Below, one piece after another: positions 27,585 through 37,859 of a stretch of DNA of 64,000 nucleotides. Both the position numbers and the translations under genes were made by a program. Source of the DNA: a virus. Positions within the stretch are counted from its first letter, which is position 1. Every line of letters begins with the position of its first letter. The notes beneath the pieces are model-generated. The model was not told the origin of the DNA and did not search any database. It saw only the letters and a program-made list of their open reading frames with translations. The stretch spans positions 1 through 64,000 of the IMG/VR virus record IMGVR_UViG_3300036770_000877, one strand, 5' to 3'.

Positions 27585-30500
27585 ATACTCAATCTCCTAT
27601 CATCAGTAGTTCTCTTGATTGCTGCACCAAGGTCTTTCTTAATTTTAGCAATAATTTCTTCTGGAGAGCAACCTGGATCAGTTATATTAATCTCATTAAT
27701 GTTAACTCTTACATCCCCCTCATTATAAGGACCAGCATTACGCATATTCTCAAATGCTCTTGGGTCAAGAGTTCTGTTATTAATCTTCTCCATGTTTGCT
27801 ACGCCGTATTTTGCTACCGCTCTGGCATTCATCATAAACTCTTTATTAGATGCAGCAACATTAATACTATCAGATACACTATTTCCTGCTCCAGTTATAT
27901 AGCCTCCACCATAATAACCACGTATCTTTCCACCCATCCATTTCTTATCTTGCCTAATAAGATCATTTTGAGTTTTATCATATCTATACTTTTCTCCAAA
28001 TATAGTCACAATCTCATTAGCTTCAAATGACTCTCCACGACCTGCTAGATATCCTAAAATTTTCTTCTTTTGATCAGCAGAAAGAGCAGTAGCTACTCCT
28101 TCGCTCTTGGTTCCTCTTCCATTATCAGCACTTGTAATTCCAACTGCAGCTGCCGTAGTAGTTATATCTCTTGGGCTCTTAGAAGTTCCTGGTCCACCAA
28201 TAATTCCACCTACGTTTGCTAAATCAGCTTCTAGCTGTCTAAATGAAGCCTTTAGTGTTTCCATTGCTTTAGTTAGGGCATCTCCAGAAAGAACTCCCTT
28301 AAACTTGGATTCAAAATTTCTAAACGCTTCGCTTTCTGTAAATTCTTTAAATGAAACTGTTACCTTTCCGTCTTTTTGGAATCCTCCCAAGACAGTCTTT
28401 ATAGCATCATCAATATTCTTTTCCATTTCTTTTGCTTTATTGGCAACGTTTCCAACTGCTCCCGCCCCAGCACTATCCAGCGCCTTGAGCTTGTCTTGCA
28501 GAGCTTTCTTCTTATCGTCTCTAGCAATTTCTTTTTCAGTCTGTGCCTTTTCTTGCAAGAATCTTGCAGACTCTGCTTGCATTTCTAGCTGAGCTCTTAA
28601 TGCTCCTTCCATATCTCCAGAGCTTAGTGCTCCAAGATAGTCTAGGGCTAGACTTCTACGCTTTTCTTCATACTTAAGCTGTAGCTCCTTAATCTTATTG
28701 ATATTCTTTTCTTTGCGCTCAATTTCTTCAAGAGCATCTAGTTGTGCCTGTATTGCTTTCTTGGCAGCATCGTTATTTGCGCTTGAAGAACCGCCAGCAA
28801 ACATTCCCTGAAGAGATGCGGCAAGGTCTGCCTTAGCTTTATCTAATGCCTGATTTGCTTGATATAGCTCAAAGTAAGCACGTATTCTCATTCCATCAAA
28901 ATCTTTAATTGCTTCTAGGCTAGGGATTATTCCTTCAATACGCATCTTTAGAGCCAGCATTTGAGCTTCTGCATCTACTCCATTACTCTTTAATCCATCG
29001 AGTACCGTCTTGTCTGTTCTAGTCAATCCAGATATTGAATTAGCAACTCCATCCACAGCATCCTGAGTTATAAGTCCAGAATCAGCAACATCTTTCATTG
29101 CTTGTGCGAATGTCTCTGCATCTGAATTAGCCATAGCATTATTAATTGCTTCTATAGCTTGTTTTGTAGCAGTTCCACTTAAAGCAGCGTTTCTTTGTGC
29201 GGAGTCTAGCTTTAAATAAGCATTTTGTAAATCAGTTAGATACTTAGCTTGATCTGGGGCAAATCCACTTACAGAAGTACCATTGATTGCCATACGCTTA
29301 GCCATTTCTGGATCTAAGCCAACTGCTGATGCCCCGCCTAATAATGACTGGAATTCAGAACCAGCAAGTACGTCGTTACCCCTGATTCTTTCTAGGTTTC
29401 TCTTAAGTGCTCCAGATTGTGATAAGCCAGACTCTCCAGTAAGAAGCATCTTAAGATCTGTTGCGAATCCTTCTTTACCTGCGGCCTTTAGAATAGCAGC
29501 CATCATTTGCTTAGCAGTTTCTTCAGAAACTCCAGCAGCAATATAACTTAGATATTGGCTTAGGAAATCATCTTGAACTTCTTTAAAACTATCCGCACCC
29601 TTTGTTTTTTCACGTAGTGCTCCTGTCGATGTAGAGGTTGCTGCTTCTAAAGCTGCTGCTGCCAATACTTCTAATGCACTTGCTGCTTCTTGAGATTTAC
29701 CAGTTACTTGTGTTAACTGTATATCTCCAATAGTCTTCAAGCTTAATCCTGCTGCTTTTGCATACTCTTTATCAATTTGATACTGCTTAATACTTAATGC
29801 TTGAATGTCTGCAAGCTTCTTAAAATGATCTATTGTTAACTTTATAACAGGAATTAATGCTCCGAGGGCTGCTCCAACTGCCATTCCTGGTCCGCCGAAC
29901 ATCATACCCATAGATGCACCCATCATTGCTCCGCCAGCAATATTTCCTGCAGCACCAGTTTGTGGAACCATAGAAGTGGCCATGCCTAGACCCATCATAG
30001 CCATAGATGATCCAAGACCTGCTCTTCCAGTAAAGATTCCTCTCATGCCATTCTTTGCTCGACCCAACAAACCAACCTTTGCGGCTGGACTATCGGCTGC
30101 TAAAGTAGATATACCAGCATTCTCAATGTTAATTATTTCTTGAATCTCTTTAACTTTTTCCTGTTCAAGTTGTGACTTCTTGGCTCTTAACTCCGCAATC
30201 TTAGCTTTTATCTGTGGATTCTTTACTGCATCTTCAGACAATACTCTACCTGACTCAGTTATAACCTGAACAACTCCATCTACCATCTTAACGGTAGCAG
30301 TACCCAATGATTTAGTTCCAGTTTTTACTTTTATCTCTTCAGCATTCATAACTGCATCAATTTGTGCCGATGCTTGAGCTATTGCCAAAGATAGTCTTCC
30401 TGTTCTTTCTACAGTTGTTGCTGCTGCATTCTTTAAGACACCGCCTTGCATAGCTGCAACCTCTCTCTTTGTTGCCTCAATAACTGCAGCGTCTGCACCG

Positions 30501-33145
30501 TTATCTTCAAATGCTCTTAATATGCTTGCGTTTGTTTCAGATATAACATCATCATAACTAGTTCCAATTCTTTCTCTAGCTAGTTGTGCTGCGGCTCTAG
30601 CTGCTGCGGCAGGGTCTTGAGTTGCTGCAAATTCTTTAGTCCAGGCATCTTTCATTTGATTTGCAAACTTTTCGCCTTCTACTGCGCTTACTTTATAAGC
30701 ATCATTAATTGCAGTCATGTTTGCAACATGTGTTGCCTGTATCTTTGCATACTCTTCGCTTGTCTGGAAAACTTGCTCTATACCAACATCATACTTACCA
30801 GGATCTCTCATTGCAGCACCCATAATTTTTTGTGCTTCTTTGTTTGTTCCTCTAGCAGCGATATCTCCTAGCATGGCTCTCTTTTGCTCTAAAGTTGTTC
30901 CAGGAGCAACAATTGTATTTGGCATGCTCTCTGCAAATGCGCCTTGAATCTGTGCTGCTATGCTATCTGCTGGAACAGCAATAACTGGAGCATTTAGTGC
31001 TTCTAGTGGATTATTTATATTACCAACTGTTGCTGTTTTTCTTCCGCCAGAAACTCCAGATACCTTTACTAGCTCTTCATCTGTTAATCCTATATCACCC
31101 ATAATTGCTCTACGTCTAGCTCTATTTAATAAGTGTGATCTTTCTATTCCAGTAGGCCTTACACCGCTTCCTGTTCCAAATTCTGGTTGGGGCAAGAATC
31201 TTGATCCACCAAATCCTGGGGCTACTTCTGCGCCAGCAGCATATGTATTTTGTAGCTCTACTAATTCTCTCATTCTAGAAATAAGATTTTGTATTTGCAT
31301 TGCAGCAGCTTTTGCTGCATCTGCTTCGCTATACATAGCGTTAGCAGCTTTATCTCCAGATAGCTTTACAGCCATCATTTGTTCATCTAATAATTCAAAC
31401 TTTTTAGTGCTTGTAAATAGTCTGCCTAAGAAGCCTATTGATTTAACAACGTATCCTATAAAGTTTAAGAATACACCAGAAAGCATGATAAGAGGTCCAG
31501 CAAGTCCTACTATGGCTCCTATAATTGTTAGTACTGTTTTTGCACCGTCTGGAAGATTATTAAATCCTTCCATTAATTTATTTACTACGCCAATTACCTT
31601 TGAGAATATTCCTAAGAATCCTTCTCCAGCTAAAGCTAAATTAGCTTTTAATGTTTCCATTTGTCTTGCAAACTTACCTGATGCTGACTCGGTAAGTGTT
31701 GTTAATTCTCGATCAGCAATTGCTGCTAGGTCTGCTGTTGATGCCCCCATTAATTCCATAACTTGCAATGTCTGACTTCCAGATTTTCCTAGATTGTCAA
31801 ACAGCGCAGACATACGAGCAAACTGGAATTTGCCAAACATCTGCTCAATTGCTTGTGCTCTAGCCAATGGGTTTAGTTGATTTAAGGCATCCTTTAATGC
31901 TGAAACAGTTCCAACTAAATCTCCCGCATTATTATTTACTATGCTCAAAACATCTATGCCAAAGCTGTTCATTAAATCTCTAGTTTTTTCTGTTGGATTA
32001 ATTATAGATGCAAGACCAGACTTCAATGCGTTTGCAGACTCAGAAGCATTAATTCCTCCTTCACGCATAGCTGTAAGGAACAATGCTAAATCTTTAACGT
32101 CTCCTCCAAGTTGTCTTACTACTGGACCAGCTTTTGGAATTGCTGTTACTAAGTCATTAAGGCTTGTTGAAGTTTGGTTTTCAACTGCGTTAAGGAAGTT
32201 AATAGATTCTGCTAATTCTTTTGTATTTAAATTAAAAGCACTTTGTAATGATAGAGTTGCAGACATAGCCTCTTGTCTATCTACTTCGCCAAGGATTGCT
32301 AGACGTGTTGTTTCTGCTACTGACTCTAATAGTTCGTTACCAGTTTTACCAGTTGCAGCAATATCAGCAGCCAAACCTATGGTTTCGTTTGCTGCTGCTC
32401 CAAGAGAAGCTGCTAGTTCTTTTGCAAGACCAGCTGTCTGTGTTTTAATTCTTTCAATTTCTGTTGTTGTTGCTCCACCAATATCACCATAAACCTTTGC
32501 CAAACGTGTGAGTTGTTTATCTGTTTCACGGAATGCATTTGATGCTGTTGCTGCAAAAATAGTTAAAGGTACTGTTAAACCTACTGTTAACTGACGGCCA
32601 GCCCACTGGGTATTTTTACCTAAGTTAATAAGCTCTGTAGAAACACCTTGAATGGATCTTCCAATAATTTTGAACTGCTCTGCACGTAGAGCTTTCATTG
32701 TTGATGGGTCAAGTCTATCTAGACCTGTGGGTGTTGACAAAACGTTTCTAGCTTCACCCTGTGGACCAACCGTCGTTGTTAATATAGATCTCTGCAATTT
32801 GACCTGCTCTTCAGCAAGTCTTCTGATCATTCCTCTTTGGCCCCGAACTTGTAAATTAAATTCTCGGAAATAATCTTTTAGCTTCAATCTACCTTGGTCT
32901 AAGTGCCGACCAAATTCTCTTGTTTCATTTGCTACGTCTACGAATGTCGAAGACCATAGACGGGTGTTACGCATACCCTCAATAAATTGGTTATTTAAAT
33001 TATTTAATGAGGCATATGAAGCAGACCCAAGCCCATTAAGTTGTGTTTGAAGCGTAGCAATTTCTGCGTTTGCACGACGAACTTCCCCGATTAAATCGGA
33101 AAAGTTGGCATTCGCATTAAAGCTAATTACAACTTGTTGGGCCAT
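27581..33145 (-). CDS. Tape measure protein
   Basis: 1854 aa, Ala/Gly-rich helical; WAGRQLTVGLT TP901-type core, hydrophobic segments; downstream of the chaperone genes. Confidence 0.93.
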   Translation of the reverse strand: MAQQVVISFNANANFSDLIGEVRRANAEIATLQTQLNGLGSASYASLNNLNNQFIEGMRNTRLWSSTFVDVANETREFGRHLDQGRLKLKDYFREFNLQVRGQRGMIRRLAEEQVKLQRSILTTTVGPQGEARNVLSTPTGLDRLDPSTMKALRAEQFKIIGRSIQGVSTELINLGKNTQWAGRQLTVGLTVPLTIFAATASNAFRETDKQLTRLAKVYGDIGGATTTEIERIKTQTAGLAKELAASLGAAANETIGLAADIAATGKTGNELLESVAETTRLAILGEVDRQEAMSATLSLQSAFNLNTKELAESINFLNAVENQTSTSLNDLVTAIPKAGPVVRQLGGDVKDLALFLTAMREGGINASESANALKSGLASIINPTEKTRDLMNSFGIDVLSIVNNNAGDLVGTVSALKDALNQLNPLARAQAIEQMFGKFQFARMSALFDNLGKSGSQTLQVMELMGASTADLAAIADRELTTLTESASGKFARQMETLKANLALAGEGFLGIFSKVIGVVNKLMEGFNNLPDGAKTVLTIIGAIVGLAGPLIMLSGVFLNFIGYVVKSIGFLGRLFTSTKKFELLDEQMMAVKLSGDKAANAMYSEADAAKAAAMQIQNLISRMRELVELQNTYAAGAEVAPGFGGSRFLPQPEFGTGSGVRPTGIERSHLLNRARRRAIMGDIGLTDEELVKVSGVSGGRKTATVGNINNPLEALNAPVIAVPADSIAAQIQGAFAESMPNTIVAPGTTLEQKRAMLGDIAARGTNKEAQKIMGAAMRDPGKYDVGIEQVFQTSEEYAKIQATHVANMTAINDAYKVSAVEGEKFANQMKDAWTKEFAATQDPAAAARAAAQLARERIGTSYDDVISETNASILRAFEDNGADAAVIEATKREVAAMQGGVLKNAAATTVERTGRLSLAIAQASAQIDAVMNAEEIKVKTGTKSLGTATVKMVDGVVQVITESGRVLSEDAVKNPQIKAKIAELRAKKSQLEQEKVKEIQEIINIENAGISTLAADSPAAKVGLLGRAKNGMRGIFTGRAGLGSSMAMMGLGMATSMVPQTGAAGNIAGGAMMGASMGMMFGGPGMAVGAALGALIPVIKLTIDHFKKLADIQALSIKQYQIDKEYAKAAGLSLKTIGDIQLTQVTGKSQEAASALEVLAAAALEAATSTSTGALREKTKGADSFKEVQDDFLSQYLSYIAAGVSEETAKQMMAAILKAAGKEGFATDLKMLLTGESGLSQSGALKRNLERIRGNDVLAGSEFQSLLGGASAVGLDPEMAKRMAINGTSVSGFAPDQAKYLTDLQNAYLKLDSAQRNAALSGTATKQAIEAINNAMANSDAETFAQAMKDVADSGLITQDAVDGVANSISGLTRTDKTVLDGLKSNGVDAEAQMLALKMRIEGIIPSLEAIKDFDGMRIRAYFELYQANQALDKAKADLAASLQGMFAGGSSSANNDAAKKAIQAQLDALEEIERKEKNINKIKELQLKYEEKRRSLALDYLGALSSGDMEGALRAQLEMQAESARFLQEKAQTEKEIARDDKKKALQDKLKALDSAGAGAVGNVANKAKEMEKNIDDAIKTVLGGFQKDGKVTVSFKEFTESEAFRNFESKFKGVLSGDALTKAMETLKASFRQLEADLANVGGIIGGPGTSKSPRDITTTAAAVGITSADNGRGTKSEGVATALSADQKKKILGYLAGRGESFEANEIVTIFGEKYRYDKTQNDLIRQDKKWMGGKIRGYYGGGYITGAGNSVSDSINVAASNKEFMMNARAVAKYGVANMEKINNRTLDPRAFENMRNAGPYNEGDVRVNINEINITDPGCSPEEIIAKIKKDLGAAIKRTTDDRRLSI

Positions 33146-33171
33146 ATGCTAATTATCCCAGATTTTCGATC

Positions 33172-33887
33172 CTAGTTCGCCCTAGCATCCCACTCTTCGT
33201 ACATTAAACCTTGGCCTACGCCAAAGCCTTCTTGTCTTGCAAGTGCACCCTTAAGGTTTGCTACGTCGTTTGTTGCAGGATCGTCTCCTAGTGCTTCCCT
33301 CCTAATGTCTTCAAATGTCTTGGCACCTGAAGAATTATTTTCATCTAAGTCTACCCCTTGAAGGGCAGCAAAGAATTTCTTATCTTCGTAGTCTTTTTTA
33401 TTTGCCTCTTCAAGAGTGTAAATAAGTTCGACTAGAGAAATACTCTCTTCTAATTCTTCGTAGTTTTTCCAAATACCAAGAAGGAAAGCTTGTTTTTCTA
33501 AGGCAGCGAGATCAAGATTCTCCCATGTGGTGGAAGACTTGGTTTTATTTGTTAGTTGGTCCCACTCATCTTGGCCGCTGCCGCTATTAAATTTGGGTCG
33601 CCTAGCTTAATACCTCCGCAGACCTCCATAATTTTCCAAATAGTCGGAACGTCTAGAGCTTCTTCTAGAGCATCTTTATTGTCTGCCAATTCTGGCAAGC
33701 TTTTTCTCAAAGCGATAGCGCTAGCCTCTAGAAAAATATCTATTGCTTCGTCTTCATCTTTTACTGTATCTAATTTTGTAACGACCTTCATAAATTCTTT
33801 TAGTCGTTTAATTGGCAGCGGTTTTAATGTTACCTTTCTGCCGTCCTGTAGTTCTACTTCTACAATATCGTATAGCTGGGTAGCCAA
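33172..33887 (-). CDS. Tail assembly chaperone long form (G-T) via -1 frameshift
   Basis: -1 frame is open from the slippery site CCCAAATTTA (33597-33588) to TAG 33174-33172, reading ...WENLDLAALEKQAFLLGIWKNYEELEESISL...; no independent start with an RBS seen. Confidence 0.8.
33552..33887 (-). CDS. Tail assembly chaperone short form (G)
   Basis: Between major tail and tape measure; AGGAGG RBS, TTG start. Confidence 0.85.
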   Translation of the reverse strand: MATQLYDIVEVELQDGRKVTLKPLPIKRLKEFMKVVTKLDTVKDEDEAIDIFLEASAIALRKSLPELADNKDALEEALDVPTIWKIMEVCGGIKLGDPNLIAAAAKMSGTN

Positions 33888-33931
33888 AGTGACCTCCTAA
33901 ATAGTCTTAATTATTATAGCAATAATAATAT

Positions 33932-33967
33932 AAAAAGACAAGACCCCCACCATTTCTGGAGGGGGTC
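33932..33967 (-). terminator. Intrinsic terminator after major tail gene
   Basis: GACCCCCTCCA-GAAA-TGGTGGGGGTC followed by TTGTCTTTTT. Confidence 0.8.
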
Positions 33968-33986
33968 GAGCCAATTTTGGTTAAAT

Positions 33987-34658
33987 TTAGCCGATCAAGC
34001 GATCAACGATTCTTCCATATGTGTCGGAATAGCGTGGGTCACCCAAGAGACGGAATGTCACTGGGAAAACTGTAGCTTCGTTACGACGCAATGAGTGTGT
34101 TGAAGATTCAACGGAAAGAACACGACGAGCATAGTAAATACGCTCACGGTCTCCACCTGTTGCGGTGGTTGGTGCGTTTCCAACTGCGATGAATTGACGC
34201 TCTGTTGGCTCTTCGTTAAGAGCACCTACTGAGAGATCAAGACGGGAGTCAGCTACGCTGTCATAAGACTTAAGATTAGATTCCTTTTCACCAAAGACCA
34301 CCATAAGGTTACGAAGTGTACCTTCTGTAAGAGTTGTACGAAGCATAACACGCTGTGAAGACTTGAAGAGCTTCGCAACGTCGAGCTGCTGGTCAACTTC
34401 TACTTCACCGTATGTTGGTTCATACATAACTTCAAGACCTTCGGATGTAAATCCTACGTCTTTCCATTTTGTTGAGTCCAAAACCTTACCTGATCCTAGG
34501 TTAGCATCGCTAACATATGAACCTGTTGGTTGTGGGCTAACTGCGAATGGATCTAGACCGTCCTGATATGAGTCAGACCAGTCTGGCGATGTTGAGTCCT
34601 TTGCAGAAATAAAAATTCTTGCTGCACCGATAATAATATTACGAACGTTTGTTGCCAT
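33987..34658 (-). CDS. Major tail (tube) protein
   Basis: RNIIIGAA...VGFTSEGLEVMYEP...EVDQ...FPVTFRLL; strong GGAGGTGA RBS; followed by a terminator. Confidence 0.85.
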   Translation of the reverse strand: MATNVRNIIIGAARIFISAKDSTSPDWSDSYQDGLDPFAVSPQPTGSYVSDANLGSGKVLDSTKWKDVGFTSEGLEVMYEPTYGEVEVDQQLDVAKLFKSSQRVMLRTTLTEGTLRNLMVVFGEKESNLKSYDSVADSRLDLSVGALNEEPTERQFIAVGNAPTTATGGDRERIYYARRVLSVESSTHSLRRNEATVFPVTFRLLGDPRYSDTYGRIVDRLIG

Positions 34659-34742
34659 TTATTTAATTTCACCTCCTCCTTTTTATAGGATATAAAGTTT
34701 TGCGGCATTTCCTCAAATCCAATAATACTTGAACTGGGGTTA

Positions 34743-35261
34743 TTAGGCAAATCTTCCTTCCGTATTTAAATTCCTTGTGTAGGCGTAGACTATTGATATG
34801 TCTGCCTCCAGGCGACCAGCCAATTCGTCGGCTGGATCTGGAGAGTTTGCCTCTGTCAGGGAAAAGTATTTATATCTAAAAGGGCTTGTGGGATTTACCG
34901 ACTTTACGTAGGTATTCACATTAGCCGCTGATTCATCAAATCTTCTAAATAGGTCTAGCATGATATTCATGATTTCTATTACCTTATCGAAGTCTGGAGC
35001 ATATATCTTAAATGTTAGTCTTTCTTTACATATAACCCACTCTACATCATATGACATTGTGTCAAAATCATAAACTAGGTAAGGAGCTTCTGGATTTGAT
35101 ATTAAATTCTTTGTTTCATCTTCTTGTGTTGGAAATATAGGCATCAATCTTTTTCCGCCAACTATTGGATAGTCTATTTCTGAAAGCGCACCGTTATCTT
35201 TTAGTTCTTTCCAAAGTATTCCTATAACATCAGATATCGCTGTTTTAGTATAATCAGCCAT
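34743..35261 (-). CDS. Putative tail terminator/completion protein
   Basis: Position immediately upstream of major tail; PYLVYD motif. Confidence 0.55.
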   Translation of the reverse strand: MADYTKTAISDVIGILWKELKDNGALSEIDYPIVGGKRLMPIFPTQEDETKNLISNPEAPYLVYDFDTMSYDVEWVICKERLTFKIYAPDFDKVIEIMNIMLDLFRRFDESAANVNTYVKSVNPTSPFRYKYFSLTEANSPDPADELAGRLEADISIVYAYTRNLNTEGRFA

Positions 35262-36003
35262 TTGTTACCTCGTCTGCATATTGATATGCTCTTGTTACTT
35301 GTCTAATATGTTTAGATACATTTGATTCTGCTATACGCTTAAATGATCCAGTAGAAGATTTTCCAGATACAGATGATGGCATTTCTCTACCCGCCAAAGC
35401 CTGGGCTGCTTCTATTCTTCCAATTATTCCAGATTCTTGTATATCAACTAACAGTCTTGAACTTGCTAAAAATCTATTTAATGTTTTTCTATAGGATCCC
35501 TTAACTTGTTTTCCTCCAGGAGTTTTTACAGTTACATATTTTCCTCTAGGAATAAATACTGGGTCTCCATCTTTTGAATAAAAATGTAATGCCTGAGCGT
35601 TCCTAGCAGTAATTCTTACGGGTTGTCCTTTTTCCATAACCTCAGCTTTAAATGTAAATTTGCTTCTTCTTGATCCATATTTGTTTGGTGAAAATGTTTT
35701 TGATGGTCTAAATTCAGATGATAGAACAATAGATCCAGATTTATATACTCCGTCTATTTTCCACAGTCTTCCCAACGTTTTACCTGTTTGATTCCATTCA
35801 TATACATGGTGCAACGATCTTGGGCTTAAACGTGCTTCCGAATCTATAAATTTACCTAAAGATACTTTAGCAATAGTTGTTATAGCCTGACCAATTTCTT
35901 TATCTACATCAAATGAGCGTGTGGCGGTAGCAACACCTTCAACATATGCCCCCACGTTTCTCATGGCATCCAAAGCATTAGAGTCAATCTTAAGAGAAGG
36001 CAC
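35254..36003 (-). CDS. Putative neck/tail-completion protein
   Basis: Position in head-tail connector block; basic; likely GTG start at 36003. Confidence 0.5.
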   Translation of the reverse strand: MPSLKIDSNALDAMRNVGAYVEGVATATRSFDVDKEIGQAITTIAKVSLGKFIDSEARLSPRSLHHVYEWNQTGKTLGRLWKIDGVYKSGSIVLSSEFRPSKTFSPNKYGSRRSKFTFKAEVMEKGQPVRITARNAQALHFYSKDGDPVFIPRGKYVTVKTPGGKQVKGSYRKTLNRFLASSRLLVDIQESGIIGRIEAAQALAGREMPSSVSGKSSTGSFKRIAESNVSKHIRQVTRAYQYADEVTNG

Positions 36004-36418
36004 CTTGAATGTCGCTCCTCTGAAGAGTATTCTCATACTCTAGTATTTGACCAAATCCATCCAGTATCGGTGTAGATCCCACAATGTTAAATATTGTAGC
36101 TGGACTGTTTAAAACTTCTGCCTCTTCCCATAAAACATTACCCTGCAAATCTTTAATGTTACTTATCTTAGCGTTTCTTGGTAACTTATCAAGTGTCATA
36201 ACCTTGATAATTTCTTCAATCACATATCTTGAATCTACTGTTTTATCGTTTGACGGAGTTCTTACTCCAGATGAAATAATTGATTTAGCAAGGCACGGAA
36301 CGGTTTCTGCGTATATCCACTGTCTTTTAACTTGACCTGTTCCTGTCTGGGCAATTTGAACACGATAAATATCCATTGTCATGGCATATTTAGCCTCTAC
36401 TGAATATGACCCAATCAT
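35990..36418 (-). CDS. Putative head-closure (stopper) protein
   Basis: All-beta small protein following the adaptor; DIY...GQVKRQW. Confidence 0.55.
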   Translation of the reverse strand: MIGSYSVEAKYAMTMDIYRVQIAQTGTGQVKRQWIYAETVPCLAKSIISSGVRTPSNDKTVDSRYVIEEIIKVMTLDKLPRNAKISNIKDLQGNVLWEEAEVLNSPATIFNIVGSTPILDGFGQILEYENTLQRSDIQGAFS

Positions 36419-37350
36419 TAGATCACCGCCATGTTTGTAGACTTAAACTCATCTAGGAGTTTGTCTGCGTAGAAGTTACCTGTCCCCCTGAAAGCTAGTT
36501 TAGAAAATTCCATATCTGTATCGCCATAAGATACGTTTTGTACAAATCTGGCTCTCCAAATATTATCTTTACCAAAATAGTCTTTCATCAACATGACCAT
36601 TGCCTGTTGAACTTTTTCTGGCACGAACTTCCATCCGAATACACCAGTAATCTCATATCTGTAACCATTGTAAAAATTACCACGAAGTGGATAAACAATG
36701 TCCAGCTTGCCGCCTTCATTGATATCATCTCCAATAGAAACAATTCTCAAGGAGTGGTTGGTATCTGTGATCTCCACGGGAAAATTAAAGCTGTTGGTAT
36801 TTGCTACTGTATCAATAACAGTTTTACCATTCTCTTTAATAGAAGTGTAGGAAATAATTCTTTCCCCCAAATAAAGAACGTCGGCGTCTTGGCCATACGC
36901 ATTTATTGTCTTTGTATATTTTCCAAACTTTACCCCAGTGTAGTTTTCTACCATAAAACGAGCAAACTTCTCTGCCTGTTGCATCTCGTGAAAATGAATA
37001 TAGTTATTATCTCCCTCTTCACGACCCGCATGCAATCTTGTATAAGCCTCAGAAATAGAAATATATGGAGTTATAACAGAATAGTAGTTTGTAGAAGTCA
37101 TTGGATTTCCATCAATAGAGTAGCTCCAGACAGCCTTTAGGGTCTTGTCTGTCATCACATAGTTGTCTAGAATCCTAAATGAATAGTGACCTTCATCATT
37201 TATTTCAGGGTTAGCAAATCCACTGATGATTAAAACATCAGTATCCCCATCATATATTGATACTGTTGGATTTGAATCCGCTAATCTTAACTCATCCTCT
37301 TCATATACATCAAGGTATATGTCTTGGGTGAGACCTGTGTATAACTCCAT
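36418..37350 (-). CDS. Head-tail adaptor protein
   Basis: AEKFARFMVENYTG...GVFGWKFVPEKVQQAMVML (gp6/gp15-like). Confidence 0.7.
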   Translation of the reverse strand: MELYTGLTQDIYLDVYEEDELRLADSNPTVSIYDGDTDVLIISGFANPEINDEGHYSFRILDNYVMTDKTLKAVWSYSIDGNPMTSTNYYSVITPYISISEAYTRLHAGREEGDNNYIHFHEMQQAEKFARFMVENYTGVKFGKYTKTINAYGQDADVLYLGERIISYTSIKENGKTVIDTVANTNSFNFPVEITDTNHSLRIVSIGDDINEGGKLDIVYPLRGNFYNGYRYEITGVFGWKFVPEKVQQAMVMLMKDYFGKDNIWRARFVQNVSYGDTDMEFSKLAFRGTGNFYADKLLDEFKSTNMAVI

Positions 37351-37357
37351 TAATTAA

Positions 37358-37756
37358 TTAGGAGTAAAACTCCTGTACCTCCTTGGGAGTGGCAAGTCTG
37401 AAACCTTCCTGTGTGTCAAAAATCTCCTGTGCGTCCTTCTCGGACATTACGATAAATGGATTTTCTTTTGTAAATGTAAACTCATTTACATCATATCTTG
37501 GATTCATTCTTTCCATCTTTACTAAGACTTGTCCACCTTTAAGCTCTGTTAGTGGCTTTGATCCCGTTGTTTTTCTTGGTTCTAAATCTGCTTCTGCTTT
37601 TTCTGCATTATTAAAACTATTATACATTTCGTAGCTTACGCCCTCTTCTGCGAGTAGGGCAACTAGGTCTGCCTTATTTTTGGCTGACTGGTGGTCTACC
37701 GCAAAATCTTCTGCGACCTTTCGAAGCTCTTCAAGCTTCATATTACTAAAAGACAT
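37358..37756 (-). CDS. Hypothetical protein after major capsid (Rho-N/HeH-like N-terminus)
   Basis: MKLEELRKVAEDFAV...KNKADLVALL. Confidence 0.65.
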   Translation of the reverse strand: MSFSNMKLEELRKVAEDFAVDHQSAKNKADLVALLAEEGVSYEMYNSFNNAEKAEADLEPRKTTGSKPLTELKGGQVLVKMERMNPRYDVNEFTFTKENPFIVMSEKDAQEIFDTQEGFRLATPKEVQEFYS

Positions 37757-37802
37757 TTATTCTCCTCTCAGTCTTTTCCTTCTAATTATAGCACCCATAT
37801 GA

Positions 37803-37837
37803 CTAAAGGGGAACCCCTTTTTGGAGTTCCCCTTTAG
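37803..37837 (-). terminator. Long hairpin after major capsid gene
   Basis: CTAAAGGGGAACTCC-AAAAA-GGGGTTCCCCTTTAG, 15-bp stem, no clear U-tract. Confidence 0.72.
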
Positions 37838-37859
37838 ACTATTTAGTTTTTAAAGGTTG

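Noticed and set aside
30960-31775. Long plus-strand ORFs (e.g. 271 aa here, 200 aa at 36538-37140, 183 aa at 31941-32492)
   Set aside because: Antisense shadows of well-supported minus-strand genes; no recognisable motifs, RBS or promoter
33480-33554. Stop-codon readthrough of the chaperone TAA
   Set aside because: The same frame hits TAG soon after; the long coding-like continuation is in the -1 frame
34659-34742. Structured RNA/riboswitch in the major tail gene leader
   Set aside because: Only a 4-bp hairpin (TCCT-ATAAAA-AGGA) is evident; insufficient without covariation analysis
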